Shown one piece after another: positions 30,134 to 40,978 of a stretch of 45,557 nt of DNA (positions within the stretch are counted from its first letter, which is position 1; every line of letters begins with the position of its first letter). Location: the IMG/VR virus record IMGVR_UViG_2703719354_000009, positions 1-45,557 of that record. One strand, given 5' to 3'. The DNA comes from a virus. Taxonomy: Duplodnaviria > Heunggongvirae > Uroviricota > Caudoviricetes. A program made the position numbers and the translations under genes. The notes below the pieces were generated by a model. That model saw nothing but the letters and a program-made list of their open reading frames with translations. It searched no databases and was not told the origin of the DNA.

Positions 30134-30540
30134 AAATTCGTCAGGCGCAGACCAGCGCAACCTACATTCTGCCAGACCCCGGTGAACTGAATAAACGCGT
30201 CCTGATCCGCCAGCGGGTGGATATGCCCGCGGATAACTTTGGCGTGGAGCCTCAATACCCGGTTGCGTTCCGGGCATGGGCGAAGGTTATCCAGACCAGT
30301 GCCACCACCTGGCAGGAAACCGCGCAGATCGGAGACGCCATCACCCATTACATCACCATTCGTTACCGCCGGGGGATCACTGCTGATTATGAGGTGGTCT
30401 GTGATGACAGTGTGTACCGGGTGAAACGTCAGCGTGATCTGAACGGGGCGCGGCGCTTTCTGTTGCTGGAGTGTACAGAGCTGGGCGAATTTACGCAGAG
30501 TCACGGAGGCAGCAATGGCGACTCCCTTTTTGCACGTTGA
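30130..30540 (+). CDS. Head-tail adaptor / head closure protein
   Basis: 136 aa; overlapping stop/start with neighbours in the morphogenesis operon. Confidence 0.6.
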   Translation: MKIRQAQTSATYILPDPGELNKRVLIRQRVDMPADNFGVEPQYPVAFRAWAKVIQTSATTWQETAQIGDAITHYITIRYRRGITADYEVVCDDSVYRVKRQRDLNGARRFLLLECTELGEFTQSHGGSNGDSLFAR

Positions 30541-31021
30541 TGTTCAGCAGCCCACGGAGATGCGCTTTAACCGCGCCCGTGTCCGGCGGGCGTTTGTCAC
30601 GATTGGGCAGCGTCATATGCGTGATGCCCGTCGGCTGGTGATGCGCCGTGCGCGGTCGGCACCGGGTGAAAACCCCGGTTATCAGACCGGACGCCTGGCT
30701 CGTTCGATTGGTTATATGGTGCCGAGAGCCAGTAAAAAGCGAGCCGGTTTTATGACACGCATTGCCCCTAACCAGCGCAACGGGAGGGGGAACCGGATGA
30801 TCTCTGGTGACTTCTATCCGGCGTTTCTGTTTTTTGGTGTCCGGGGAGGAGCAAAACGTCGTCGTAGTCATCATCGTGGTGCATCCGGTGGCAGCGGCTG
30901 GCGACTGGCTCCACGTAATAACTTCATGGTGGAAACTCTTGAAAAGAACCGCAGCTGGACACGCTATTTTCTGGCGCGGGAATTGCGTAAATCACTGAAG
31001 CCGGAGCGACGACACAGATGA
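30515..31021 (+). CDS. Virion morphogenesis protein (HK97 gp10-like)
   Basis: 168-aa basic protein at the head-tail joining position. Confidence 0.5.
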   Translation: MATPFLHVDVQQPTEMRFNRARVRRAFVTIGQRHMRDARRLVMRRARSAPGENPGYQTGRLARSIGYMVPRASKKRAGFMTRIAPNQRNGRGNRMISGDFYPAFLFFGVRGGAKRRRSHHRGASGGSGWRLAPRNNFMVETLEKNRSWTRYFLARELRKSLKPERRHR

Positions 31022-31578
31022 AACTGACGCCTGTTATTGCTGCACTGCGTGCCCGCTGTCCGTATTTTGAAAACCGGGTTGCAGGCGCGGCCCAGTTCAA
31101 AAATCTGCCGGAGGTCGGAAAGCTGAAACTCCCGGCGGCATATGTTGTACCGGGTGATGATTCTCCGGGAGAAAACAAAAGCCAGACCGACTACTGGCAG
31201 GAGCTGAAAGAGGGTTTCTCCGTGGTTGTCATACTGAGTAACGGGCGTGATGAGCGCGGTCAGTTTGCCTCGTATGATGTGGTGGACGATGTCCGGCAGA
31301 TGCTCTTTAAGGCTCTGCTGGGCTGGAACCCGGAGGCGTGCGGTAACCCGATTACCTATGACGGCGGCACGCTGCTGGATCTGAATCGTCATGAGCTGAT
31401 TTATCAGTTCGATTTTTCGGTCATCAGCGAGCTGACTGAAGACGATACCCGCCAGCAGGATGATCTGAACAGTCTGGATGAACTGCAAACGCTGGCGATT
31501 GATGTTGATTATCTCGAGCCCGGTAACGGGCCTGACGGCGATATCGAACATCACACCGAAATAACCCTTCCTTCCTGA
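31018..31578 (+). CDS. Tail completion/terminator-like protein
   Basis: 186 aa; immediately precedes the sheath gene block. Confidence 0.45.
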   Translation: MKLTPVIAALRARCPYFENRVAGAAQFKNLPEVGKLKLPAAYVVPGDDSPGENKSQTDYWQELKEGFSVVVILSNGRDERGQFASYDVVDDVRQMLFKALLGWNPEACGNPITYDGGTLLDLNRHELIYQFDFSVISELTEDDTRQQDDLNSLDELQTLAIDVDYLEPGNGPDGDIEHHTEITLPS

Positions 31579-31586
31579 GGATCCTC

Positions 31587-31757
31587 ATGTTTGTCAAACC
31601 TGTTAAAGGGCGGTCAGTGCCTGACCCTGCCCGCGGCGACCTTTTGCCCGCCGAAGGGCGAAATGTTGACGAGAACAACTACTGGCTGCGCCGTGAAGCA
31701 GCGGGTGATATCCGGTGCGTGAATAAAAAGGTGAATACCGATGACGATAAGCTTTAA
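31587..31757 (+). CDS. Small DUF2635-like protein (56 aa)
   Basis: Below the ORF-track size cutoff; MFVKPVKGRSVPDPARGDLLPAEGRNVDENNYWLRREAAGDIR resembles the small protein found before sheath genes in Mu-like tail modules; overlaps the sheath start. Confidence 0.55.
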   Translation: MFVKPVKGRSVPDPARGDLLPAEGRNVDENNYWLRREAAGDIRCVNKKVNTDDDKL

Positions 31758-33237
31758 CACCATTCCGTCGAATACGCTGGTTCCGTTGTTTTATGCGGAA
31801 ATGGATAACCAGGCGGCGAATACTGCACAGGACAGCGGAGCATCGCTGCTGATTGGTCATGCCAATAACGGTGCAGAGATTGTTGCCAACAGTCTGGTAC
31901 TGATGCCGTCGGCAGACTATGCACGCCAGATTTGTGGTGCGGGAAGTCAGCTGGCGCGTATGGTCGAGGCTTATCGCCAGACTGACCCGTTTGGCGAGCT
32001 GTATGTGATTGCCGTTCCTGAATCCACAGGCGCGGCGGCAACAGTTACGCTGACGGTGACCGGGGCAGCAACCGAAACCGGCACGGTGAATGTTTATGTG
32101 GGACGTACCCGCGTGCAGGCACCGGTGACCAACGGCGATAACGTCGCGACGATTGCCAGCAGTATCAAAGATGCCATCAATGCCGTTCCGGCCCTGCCGT
32201 TTACGGCCTCATCTTCGGCTGGTGTGGTTACACTGACCGCTCGCCATAAGGGGCTTTGCGGGAATGAAATTCCTGTCAGCCTCAATTACTACGGCTTCGG
32301 TGGGGGCGAAGTGCTGCCAGCGGGCGTACAGATTGCCGTGGCGACGGGGACCGCCGGAACGGGCGCTCCGGTTCTCACCGGCGCGGTGGCTGCAATGGCG
32401 GATGAGCCGTTTGATTATATCGGTCTGCCGTTCAACGACACGGCCTCTGTTAACACGCTGGTGACCGAGATGAACGATACCAGCGGTCGCTGGAGCTATG
32501 CGCGTCAGCTGTATGGTCATGTGTATACGGCAAAGGCCGGCACACTGTCAGAACTGGTGAACGCAGGTGACCAGTTTAACCAGCAGCACATCACCCTGGC
32601 GGGGTACGAAAAAGAGACCCAGACGCCTGCCGACGAGCTGGCAGCCAGCCGTACCGCCCGCGCAGCGGTGTTTATCCGCAACGATCCGGCACGTCCCACG
32701 CAGACCGGTGAGATGGTGGGTATGCTGCCTGCGCCGAAGGGGAAACGGTTCACGATGACCGAACAACAGACCCTGCTGTCTCATGGCGTGGCAACGGCGT
32801 ATGTCGAAAGCGGGGTACTGCGCATTCAGCGTGATGTCACCACGTACAGGAAAAACGCTTACGGGGTTGCGGATAACAGCTACCTCGACAGTGAGACACT
32901 GCATACCAGCGCGTATGTACTGCGCAAACTGAAATCCGTCATTACCAGTAAGTACGGGCGTCACAAGCTTGCCAGTGACGGTACCCGCTTTGGTCCCGGT
33001 CAGGCGATTGTCACCCCGGCGGTGATCAAAGGGGAACTGCTGGCAACCTACCGTCAGCTTGAGCGTGCGGGGATCGTGGAAAACTACGAACTGTTTAAGC
33101 AGTACCTGGTTGTGGAGCGTGATGCCAGCGATCCGAACCGCCTGAACACGCTGTTCCCGCCTGACTATGTTAACCAGTTGCGTGTCTTTGCCGTGGTTAA
33201 CCAGTTCCGTCTTCAGTATTCAGAGGAGTCTGCATAA
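31741..33237 (+). CDS. Tail sheath protein
   Basis: 498 aa; followed by the tube gene; Mu-like tail module order. Confidence 0.8.
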   Translation: MTISFNTIPSNTLVPLFYAEMDNQAANTAQDSGASLLIGHANNGAEIVANSLVLMPSADYARQICGAGSQLARMVEAYRQTDPFGELYVIAVPESTGAAATVTLTVTGAATETGTVNVYVGRTRVQAPVTNGDNVATIASSIKDAINAVPALPFTASSSAGVVTLTARHKGLCGNEIPVSLNYYGFGGGEVLPAGVQIAVATGTAGTGAPVLTGAVAAMADEPFDYIGLPFNDTASVNTLVTEMNDTSGRWSYARQLYGHVYTAKAGTLSELVNAGDQFNQQHITLAGYEKETQTPADELAASRTARAAVFIRNDPARPTQTGEMVGMLPAPKGKRFTMTEQQTLLSHGVATAYVESGVLRIQRDVTTYRKNAYGVADNSYLDSETLHTSAYVLRKLKSVITSKYGRHKLASDGTRFGPGQAIVTPAVIKGELLATYRQLERAGIVENYELFKQYLVVERDASDPNRLNTLFPPDYVNQLRVFAVVNQFRLQYSEESA

Positions 33238-33593
33238 TGGCCCGTATCGGGGGAACCTGTTATTTCAAAATTGACGGTCAGCAGCTATCGCTGACCGGCG
33301 GCATTGAGGTGCCCATGAACAGGACGGTCAATGATGACATCATCGGCCTGGACGGTTCAGTGGACCGCAAGGAAACTCACCGTGCGCCCTATGTCAAAGG
33401 GACCTTCAAGGTGCCGAAGAATTTTCCGGTGAGCAAAATCACCTCGTCTGATGAGATGACCATCACTGCCGAGCTGGCGAACGGTCAGGTCTATGTACTG
33501 TCGTCTGCCTGGCTGCACGGCGAAGCGAACCATAATGCCGAAGAAGGCACGGTTGATCTTGAGTTCCACGGTGAAGAAGGGGATTACCAGTGA
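33237..33593 (+). CDS. Tail tube protein
   Basis: 118 aa immediately after the sheath gene. Confidence 0.75.
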   Translation: MARIGGTCYFKIDGQQLSLTGGIEVPMNRTVNDDIIGLDGSVDRKETHRAPYVKGTFKVPKNFPVSKITSSDEMTITAELANGQVYVLSSAWLHGEANHNAEEGTVDLEFHGEEGDYQ

Positions 33594-33913
33594 TTGAGCT
33601 TGTACTTAAAAAACCGATCATCGCCCACAAAGAAACACTGCATGTGCTGGAAATACGTGAGCCTACGTATGACGAGATTGAGGCGCTGGGGTTCCCTTTC
33701 TCTGTTTCACCTGATGGTGGTATGAAAATGGACAGTCAGGTAGCGCTGAAATATATCCCGCTTCTGGCCGGGATCCCGCGCTCGTCTGCAGCGCAGATGA
33801 CGAAGCTGGATATTTTCAAGGCAGGCATGATTGTAATGCGTTTTTTTACCGGCTTGGAGACGGAAGAGACCTCCGGAAGCGATTCTACAATGTCGCGTGG
33901 TTCTGGAAATTAA
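33590..33913 (+). CDS. Tail assembly chaperone
   Basis: 107 aa between the tube and tape-measure genes. Confidence 0.55.
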   Translation: MIELVLKKPIIAHKETLHVLEIREPTYDEIEALGFPFSVSPDGGMKMDSQVALKYIPLLAGIPRSSAAQMTKLDIFKAGMIVMRFFTGLETEETSGSDSTMSRGSGN

Positions 33914-33997
33914 ACCCCCTTGAACTTCGCCGGACGGCTATTTCCCACTTTGCTGATCTGGAGGCAGAGGCTGTCCGTATAAATGAGGAGATGAAGC

Positions 33998-35905
33998 ATG
34001 GCTGATAATTTTCAGCTGAAAGCCATCATCACCGCTGTTGACAGGCTGTCCGGCCCGCTTAAAGGTATGCAGCGTCAGCTTAAGGGATTTCAGAAAGAAG
34101 TCTCCAGCCTTGCTCTGGGCGCTGCCGGGGCGGGTACTGCAATAATGGGGGCACTGGCACTCCCTGTAAAATCAGCCATCACCCTTGAATCGAAGATGGC
34201 TGATGTCCGCAAAGTGGTGGACGGTCTGGATACGCCGGATGCGTTTAAGGCCATGACGGAGCAGGTACGCGCTTTGTCTACTGAGCTTCCCATGTCTGCA
34301 GACGGGATCGCGGAAATTGTGGCGGCTGGCGGTCAGGCCGGGATTGCACGTGATGAACTGATGCAGTTTGCCACTGATGCGGTGAAGATGGGCGTGGCCT
34401 TTGATACCACGGCTGAAGAGTCCGGGCAGATGATGGCCCAGTGGCGTACTGCGTTTAATATGACGCAGGATGAAGTGGCCGGGCTGGCTGACAAAATCAA
34501 CTACCTTGGTAATACCGGCCCGGCGAACGCGAAGAAAATCTCCGATATTGTTACGCGTATTGGTCCTTTAGGTGGTGTTGCAGGTGTGGCTTCCGGCGAA
34601 ATCGCGGCAATGGGGGCAACCATTGCCGGGATGGGCGTGGAGTCAGAAATTGCCGCCACAGGGATCAAGAACTTCATGATTTCCCTGACCGCGGGAAATT
34701 CTGCGACAAAATCGCAGAAACAGGCATTGCGTTTTCTGCGGATCAATCCGAAGAAATTAGCTGCTGATATGCAGAAAGATGCCCGGGGCACCATGCTGTC
34801 TGTACTGGATGCGATGGCTAAAGTGCCTAAAGAAAAACAGGCAGCTGTGCTGAATGCCCTGTTCGGGAAAGAGTCTCTGGGCGCGATAGCACCTCTGCTG
34901 ACTAACCTTGATTTGTTGCGTACCAACTTCAGGCGGGTTGCGGATTCCCAGCAGTATGGCAGTTCGATGCAGAAGGAATATGCTTCGAGGGCAGCGACGA
35001 CGGAAAACCAGCTTTTACTTCTGCAAAATCAACTTGATGCCATTTCTTCCACGCTGGGGGAAACGTTTCTTCCTGAGGTTAATGATGGTCTTGAAGCGGT
35101 AAAACCGCTCCTTGAGGAAGTGAGAACGTTTGTCCGTGAAAACCCGGAGCTCGTTAAGACCATTGCTAAAATCGGTCTGGCTTTACTGACAGTGGGGGCC
35201 GCTGCAGGCTCTTTGTCCAGAATCATGAAAATTCTCGGCGGTGTGATGAATATGACGCCTGCTAAGGGGCTGATTGCTCTTCTGGTTGGTGGCGCTTACC
35301 TCATTATTGATAATTGGGAAACCGTAGGCCCTGTCATAAAAAAAGTCTGGCACGTGGTGGATGAAACGGCGCAGGTGATGGGGGGATGGGAAACTGTTCT
35401 GAAAGCGATTGCCCTGTTTATGGCAACCAAATGGGTTGCTGACGTTACCAAATCCATTACCGCAGTGACCAGAGAGATGCGTACGCTGGGGAAGGTATCG
35501 GCAGAAACGGGATTGATGGGGAAAGGCCGCGGCTTTATCGGGAAGGCCGGGGTATATGGTTTTTTGGGAACCCTGATGTATGAGCCGGTTAAAGATACTC
35601 TGGAAAGTGTTGTTCCTGAAGATACGGTTAACTGGCTGGATAATAAAGGGCTGTTTCTGGCTTCAGACTGGACGCCTTTTTTTGATCGTAAAGAGTACGA
35701 GCAGTATCAGGCCAGCCTGAGCCAGTACAAACCCAATGTTCCGCTGTTGAATCCATCTTCTTCCATGACACAGCACAGCGAGCTGAAAGTCACGTTCGAG
35801 AATGCTCCGCCAGGTATGAAGATAATTGATGTACCGGGCAAAGCCGATCCCCTGATGAAAATCACGCACGATGTGGGGTATTCCCCTTTTCGTTTTCCAC
35901 GATAA
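33998..35905 (+). CDS. Tail tape measure protein
   Basis: 635 aa, Ala/Gly-rich with hydrophobic segments. Confidence 0.8.
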   Translation: MADNFQLKAIITAVDRLSGPLKGMQRQLKGFQKEVSSLALGAAGAGTAIMGALALPVKSAITLESKMADVRKVVDGLDTPDAFKAMTEQVRALSTELPMSADGIAEIVAAGGQAGIARDELMQFATDAVKMGVAFDTTAEESGQMMAQWRTAFNMTQDEVAGLADKINYLGNTGPANAKKISDIVTRIGPLGGVAGVASGEIAAMGATIAGMGVESEIAATGIKNFMISLTAGNSATKSQKQALRFLRINPKKLAADMQKDARGTMLSVLDAMAKVPKEKQAAVLNALFGKESLGAIAPLLTNLDLLRTNFRRVADSQQYGSSMQKEYASRAATTENQLLLLQNQLDAISSTLGETFLPEVNDGLEAVKPLLEEVRTFVRENPELVKTIAKIGLALLTVGAAAGSLSRIMKILGGVMNMTPAKGLIALLVGGAYLIIDNWETVGPVIKKVWHVVDETAQVMGGWETVLKAIALFMATKWVADVTKSITAVTREMRTLGKVSAETGLMGKGRGFIGKAGVYGFLGTLMYEPVKDTLESVVPEDTVNWLDNKGLFLASDWTPFFDRKEYEQYQASLSQYKPNVPLLNPSSSMTQHSELKVTFENAPPGMKIIDVPGKADPLMKITHDVGYSPFRFPR

Positions 35906-35929
35906 CGCAGTCCTTTTTGAGGTCAGTCT

Positions 35930-37306
35930 ATGGATTTATCCTCATTTCCCACCCGACCTTCATTACTTTCGTCGTCTTCAGGCTGGCGTGACAGACTTCA
36001 GGACGCGTCATTTCGCGGTGTGCCGTTTAAGGTTGAAGAAGAAAGTGCGGGAACCGGTCGCCGTGTGGAAACACATGAATACCCGAACCGCGACAAGCCC
36101 TATACCGAAGATCTGGGAAAAGTCACTTTCCGCCCGTCCATCACAGCTTATGTAGTGGGAGATGACTGCTTTGACCAGCGCGATCGCCTGATTGAAGCGC
36201 TGAATAAACCCGGTCCCGGCACGCTTGTCCACCCGACATACGGTGAGCTGAAAGTCTGTGTTGACGGGGAAGTTCGGGTCAGCACATCGAAAAGTGAAGG
36301 GCGTATTGTCCGCTTTGACCTGAAGTTTGTCGAAGCAGGAGAACTCTCTTACCCCACATCAGGTGCGGCGACGGCGCAGACGCTGATGTCATCCTGTTCT
36401 GCACTGGATGACTGCATCAGTGACAGCTTCAGCGGTTTCAGTATCGATGGTGTGGCGGATTTCGTGCAGAACGACGTTATCGGTAATGCCAGCACAATGC
36501 TTGGGTATGTTTCTGATGCGATGAAAGTGGTGGATTCTGCCGTATCGGATGCCGCCAGGCTGTTGCAGGGGGATATCTCGGTACTTCTGCCGCCGCCATC
36601 GTCAGGCAAAAATTTCGTTGAGCAGGTGCAGAAAATGTGGCGTACCGGGAAACGCCTTTATGGTAACGCCAGCGACCTGGTCACCATGATCAAAACGCTT
36701 TCCGGTGTCAGCCTCGGCAGCGATCTGCAACCGCGCGGCGTCTGGAAAACGGACAGTAAAACCACCGCCACGGCGACGCAGCAGCGTAACGTGGTTGCCA
36801 GCACCCTTCGTACGACCGCAATCAGCGAAGCGGCGTATGCCGTCACCCGATTGCCTGCGCCAACAACTTCCGCGGTGATGCAGAATTCCGCAGTGGGGCA
36901 GGCAACAACACCCGCGCAGAGCACTGGCTGGCCTTCCGTCACGCATCCGGCACTGAACAATGCACCGGCGGTGAAAAACACGGTTGACCTGCCGACGTGG
37001 GAAGAACTGACTGACATTCGCGACACACTGAATACGGCAATTGATAAGGAGTTGTCCCGTACAACCAGTGATGCGCTGTTTCTGGCGCTGCGCCGGGTGA
37101 AAGCAGATCTGAATGCGGATATCAACACGCGCCTTGAACAGTCTGCACGGATCATTCAGCGCACACCGGATGAGGTTTTACCCGCGCTGGTGCTGGCGGC
37201 GACCTGGTTTGATAACGCGGCGCGTGACGCGGACATTATCCGGCGTAATGCCATTACGCATCCCGGCTTTGTGCCGGTGATCCCTCTGAAGGTGCCAGTG
37301 CAATGA
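35930..37306 (+). CDS. DNA circularization-type tail protein (Mu gpN-like)
   Basis: 458 aa following the tape measure; true start may differ from the track ORF. Confidence 0.6.
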   Translation: MDLSSFPTRPSLLSSSSGWRDRLQDASFRGVPFKVEEESAGTGRRVETHEYPNRDKPYTEDLGKVTFRPSITAYVVGDDCFDQRDRLIEALNKPGPGTLVHPTYGELKVCVDGEVRVSTSKSEGRIVRFDLKFVEAGELSYPTSGAATAQTLMSSCSALDDCISDSFSGFSIDGVADFVQNDVIGNASTMLGYVSDAMKVVDSAVSDAARLLQGDISVLLPPPSSGKNFVEQVQKMWRTGKRLYGNASDLVTMIKTLSGVSLGSDLQPRGVWKTDSKTTATATQQRNVVASTLRTTAISEAAYAVTRLPAPTTSAVMQNSAVGQATTPAQSTGWPSVTHPALNNAPAVKNTVDLPTWEELTDIRDTLNTAIDKELSRTTSDALFLALRRVKADLNADINTRLEQSARIIQRTPDEVLPALVLAATWFDNAARDADIIRRNAITHPGFVPVIPLKVPVQ

Positions 37307-38382
37307 ACGACAATGTCACGCTACGGGTAAATGGCCGGGAGTGGAATGGCTGGACATCGGTGCGCATCGGTGCCGGTATTGAACGGCTGGCGCGGGATTT
37401 CAGTGTGGAGATCACTCGCCAGTGGCCGGGAGATGAGGGTATCACCACGCTTCAGCCGCGCATTAAAAACGGTTCAAAAGTGGAAGTGCTGATTGGTGAT
37501 GAGCTGGTGATCACCGGCTGGGTGGAGGCGACTCCCGTTCGTTACGATGCCCGTTCGGTCAGCACCGGTATTGCCGGACGTAGTCTGACGGCTGACCTGA
37601 TTGACTGTGCAGCCGAACCGACACAGTTTAACGGACGCTCGCTGGTGCAGATTGCGCAGGCGCTTGCTGCGCCTTTCGGCATTGAGGTGGTGAACAGCGG
37701 TGCGCCATCGGGTGTTATTCCTGATGTTCAGCCTGATCACGGTGAAACGGTGATTGAGGTAATCAACAAAATACTCGGTCAGCAGCAGGCGCTGGCTTAC
37801 GACGACCCGCACGGCAGGCTGGTGATTGGCGGTATTGGCTCAACGCGGGCACATACCGCGCTGGTACTTGGGGAAAACATCCTTTCCTGTGATACGGAGA
37901 AGAGTATCCGGGAGCGGTTTTCTGTTTACCAGGTGGCGGGGCAGCGTGCCGGAAACGACGATGATTTCGGTGAGGCCACCACCACCGCGCTGCGGGCCCG
38001 CACAGAGGACGCATTTATTGCCCGTTACCGTCCGATGTATATCAGGCAGACAGGGCAGGCTACGGGGGCAGGCTGTATTGCCCGTGCGGACTTTGAAGCC
38101 CGACAACGGGCGGCGCGGACGGATGAAACCACCTATGTGGTGCAGGGCTGGCGACAGGGTAACGGTACGCTGTGGCAGCCCAACCAGCGGGTGATTGTCT
38201 TCGATCCGGTCTGTGGTTTCGACAATACCGAACTGCTTGTCTCGGAAGTCACGTTTACTCAGGACCAGAACGGCACCCTGACGGAAATCCGTGTCGGCCC
38301 GCCTGATGCTTATCTGCCTGAACCCGAAGCTCCCGGCGCGCGGAAAAAGAAAAAAGCCAGAGTACAGGAGGACCCGTTCTGA
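37303..38382 (+). CDS. Baseplate hub protein (Mu gpP-like)
   Basis: 359 aa in the baseplate gene series. Confidence 0.6.
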   Translation: MNDNVTLRVNGREWNGWTSVRIGAGIERLARDFSVEITRQWPGDEGITTLQPRIKNGSKVEVLIGDELVITGWVEATPVRYDARSVSTGIAGRSLTADLIDCAAEPTQFNGRSLVQIAQALAAPFGIEVVNSGAPSGVIPDVQPDHGETVIEVINKILGQQQALAYDDPHGRLVIGGIGSTRAHTALVLGENILSCDTEKSIRERFSVYQVAGQRAGNDDDFGEATTTALRARTEDAFIARYRPMYIRQTGQATGAGCIARADFEARQRAARTDETTYVVQGWRQGNGTLWQPNQRVIVFDPVCGFDNTELLVSEVTFTQDQNGTLTEIRVGPPDAYLPEPEAPGARKKKKARVQEDPF

Positions 38383-38930
38383 TGAGAACGATTGAAGCCA
38401 TGCAGCGACAACTTCTCGGCCTGATTGGGCGGGCAGTGGTGAAAAGCATCAGTGCCGCCACGAAATGCCAGACCGTGGATGTGTCCCTGATTGCCGGTGA
38501 ACCCAAAGCCGGGGTTGAACATCTTGAACCCTATGGTTTTACCGCAAGGGCAAACAGCGGTGCGGAAGCGGTGGTGTTGTTTCCGGATGGCGACCGTTCT
38601 CATGCGGTGGTTGTTACGGTGTCGGACCGGCGCTACCGCCTGAAAGGGCTGCAGACGGGTGAGGTGGCTGTCTATGACGATCAGGGGCAGTCCGTGACGC
38701 TGACCCGGGAGGGGATCGTGGTGGACGGTGCAGGTAAAACGATCACGTTTCGCAATTCACCTAAAGCACGTTTTGAAATGGACCTGGAAGTGACCGGACA
38801 GGTGAAAGACCTGTGCGACTCCGGCGGCACCACCATGTCAGCGATGCGGCTTGCCTATAACGGGCATCGTCACAGAGAGAACGGGCAGGGCAGTAACACC
38901 GACAAACCTGATAAAGCGATGGAGGCATGA
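38382..38930 (+). CDS. Baseplate assembly protein V (spike)
   Basis: 182 aa; position and family resemblance to gpV/gp45. Confidence 0.65.
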   Translation: MRTIEAMQRQLLGLIGRAVVKSISAATKCQTVDVSLIAGEPKAGVEHLEPYGFTARANSGAEAVVLFPDGDRSHAVVVTVSDRRYRLKGLQTGEVAVYDDQGQSVTLTREGIVVDGAGKTITFRNSPKARFEMDLEVTGQVKDLCDSGGTTMSAMRLAYNGHRHRENGQGSNTDKPDKAMEA

Positions 38931-39355
38931 TGGAACTGTGGCTGACGGTGAACGGTAAACGCACCTGCGCCAGCGCACCGCTGGATCCGCTGACCCGCGC
39001 CGTGGTGATTTCCCTGTTTACCTGGCGGCGGGCGGAGCCTGATGACAACGCCGACGTCCCGATGGGATGGTGGGGGGATACCTGGCCTGCGGTACAGAAT
39101 GACCGTTACGGCTCCCGACTGTGGCTGCTTCAGCGCAGCAAACTGACCAATCAGCTGGTGCAGACGGTAAGGGGGTATATCCGCGAATGCCTGCAATGGA
39201 TGATTGATGACGGCGTGGTGTCCCGTATTGATCTGGATATCCGCCGTACCGGGATTAATGAACTGGGTAACAGTATCACTCTCTGGCGTCGTGACGGACC
39301 GGTAATGATTTCTTTTGATGATCTGTGGAGTGCGATAACGCATGGCGGACAGTGA
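38927..39355 (+). CDS. Baseplate protein (GP46/gpW-like)
   Basis: 142 aa between the V-like and J-like genes. Confidence 0.6.
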   Translation: MMELWLTVNGKRTCASAPLDPLTRAVVISLFTWRRAEPDDNADVPMGWWGDTWPAVQNDRYGSRLWLLQRSKLTNQLVQTVRGYIRECLQWMIDDGVVSRIDLDIRRTGINELGNSITLWRRDGPVMISFDDLWSAITHGGQ

Positions 39356-40400
39356 ATTTCAGCGCCCGACGCTGGCAGAAAATATCAGTATGCTCCGTAA
39401 CGATTTATTCGCCAGGCTGGACGTCAGCAACACGCTCCGGCGCATGGATGAAGACGTGCGGGCAAAGGTGTATGCGGCGGCGCTGCATACGGTCTACGGG
39501 TACATCGATTATCTGGCAATGAATATGCTGCCTGACCTGTGCGATGAGTCCTGGCTGGCGCGACATGCTGCGATGAAACGGTGTCCGCGCAAGGGGGCCA
39601 CGGCTGCCAGCGGGTATATGCGCTGGGAAGGTGTCAGCGATGGCCTGAAGGTGACCGCCGGGAGCGTGATTCAGCGCGATGACCTGGTTCAGTACACGGC
39701 AACTGCTGATGCAACCAGCTCCGGTGGTGTCCTGCGCGTGCCGATCACTTGCTCAAGTGCAGGCGCGGTCGGTAACGCTGACGACGGTACGGCATTAATC
39801 CTGGTCACGCCGGTGAATGGTCTGCCGTCTTCCGGTGTTGCAGATACCCTGACTGGCGGATTCGATACTGAAGATCTGGAAACGTGGCGCGCCCGCGTCA
39901 TTGAGCGGTATTACTGGACGCCGCAGGGCGGGGCTGACGGGGACTATGTCGTCTGGGCTAAAGAAGTGCCCGGCATTACCCGCGCATGGACATACCGTCA
40001 CTGGATGGGAACGGGAACTGTCGGTGTGATGATTGCCAGCAGTGACCTGATTAATCCCATTCCGGAAGAATCAACGGAAACGGCGGCAAGACAACATATC
40101 GAGCCACTGGCCCCGGTGGCAGGCTCTGATTTGTATGTGTTCAGGCCGGTGGCACATACGGTGGATTTTCATATCCGTGTGACGCCGGACACACCGGAAA
40201 TACGGGCTGCCATCACCGCGGAGTTGCGTTCGTTCCTGCTGCGTGATGGTTATCCGCAGGGAGAACTGAAGGTATCGCGTATCAGTGAGGCGATTTCCGG
40301 TGCGAACGGGGAATACAGCCATCAGTTGTTTGCACCGGCAGACAATATCTCCATTGCAAAAAATGAACTGGCGGTACTGGGGACGATTTCATGGACGTGA
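39342..40400 (+). CDS. Baseplate J-like protein
   Basis: 352 aa; baseplate wedge position. Confidence 0.7.
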   Translation: MADSEFQRPTLAENISMLRNDLFARLDVSNTLRRMDEDVRAKVYAAALHTVYGYIDYLAMNMLPDLCDESWLARHAAMKRCPRKGATAASGYMRWEGVSDGLKVTAGSVIQRDDLVQYTATADATSSGGVLRVPITCSSAGAVGNADDGTALILVTPVNGLPSSGVADTLTGGFDTEDLETWRARVIERYYWTPQGGADGDYVVWAKEVPGITRAWTYRHWMGTGTVGVMIASSDLINPIPEESTETAARQHIEPLAPVAGSDLYVFRPVAHTVDFHIRVTPDTPEIRAAITAELRSFLLRDGYPQGELKVSRISEAISGANGEYSHQLFAPADNISIAKNELAVLGTISWT

Positions 40401-40975
40401 CAAACGATGATTACATCCGTCTGTTGTCGGCACTGTTGCCCCCCGGTCCGGCGTGGTCAGCCAGCGATCCGGCGATTGCCGGTGCGGCACCGTCATTAAC
40501 CCGCGTTCATCAGCGTGCGGATGCCCTGATGCGGGAGCTGGATCCGCGCACCACCACTGAACTGATAAACCGCTGGGAGCGTCTGTGCGGCCTGCCGGAT
40601 GAATGTATTCCTACAGGGACACAGACCCTTCGCCAGCGTCAGCAACGGCTGGATGCGAAGATTAATCTGGCGGGCGGCATTAATGAGGATTTTTACCTTG
40701 CACAGCTTGCTGCCCTGGGCAGACCAGACGCCACCATCACGCGATACGATAAAAGCACGTTCACCTGCTCATCTGCCTGTACTGACGCGGTGAATGCGCC
40801 GGAATGGCGGTATTACTGGCAGGTCAACATGCCAGCCGCCACCAACACCACCTGGATGACATGTGGCGATCCCTGTGATTCCGCACTGCGTATCTGGGGC
40901 GACACCGTTGTCGAGTGTGTGCTTAACAAACTCTGCCCTTCGCATACCTACGTAATTTTTAAATATCCGGAGTAA
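40391..40975 (+). CDS. Tail protein, DUF2313 (YmfQ/Mu gp48-like)
   Basis: 194 aa immediately before the tail fibre gene. Confidence 0.6.
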   Translation: MDVTNDDYIRLLSALLPPGPAWSASDPAIAGAAPSLTRVHQRADALMRELDPRTTTELINRWERLCGLPDECIPTGTQTLRQRQQRLDAKINLAGGINEDFYLAQLAALGRPDATITRYDKSTFTCSSACTDAVNAPEWRYYWQVNMPAATNTTWMTCGDPCDSALRIWGDTVVECVLNKLCPSHTYVIFKYPE

Positions 40976-40978
40976 TCC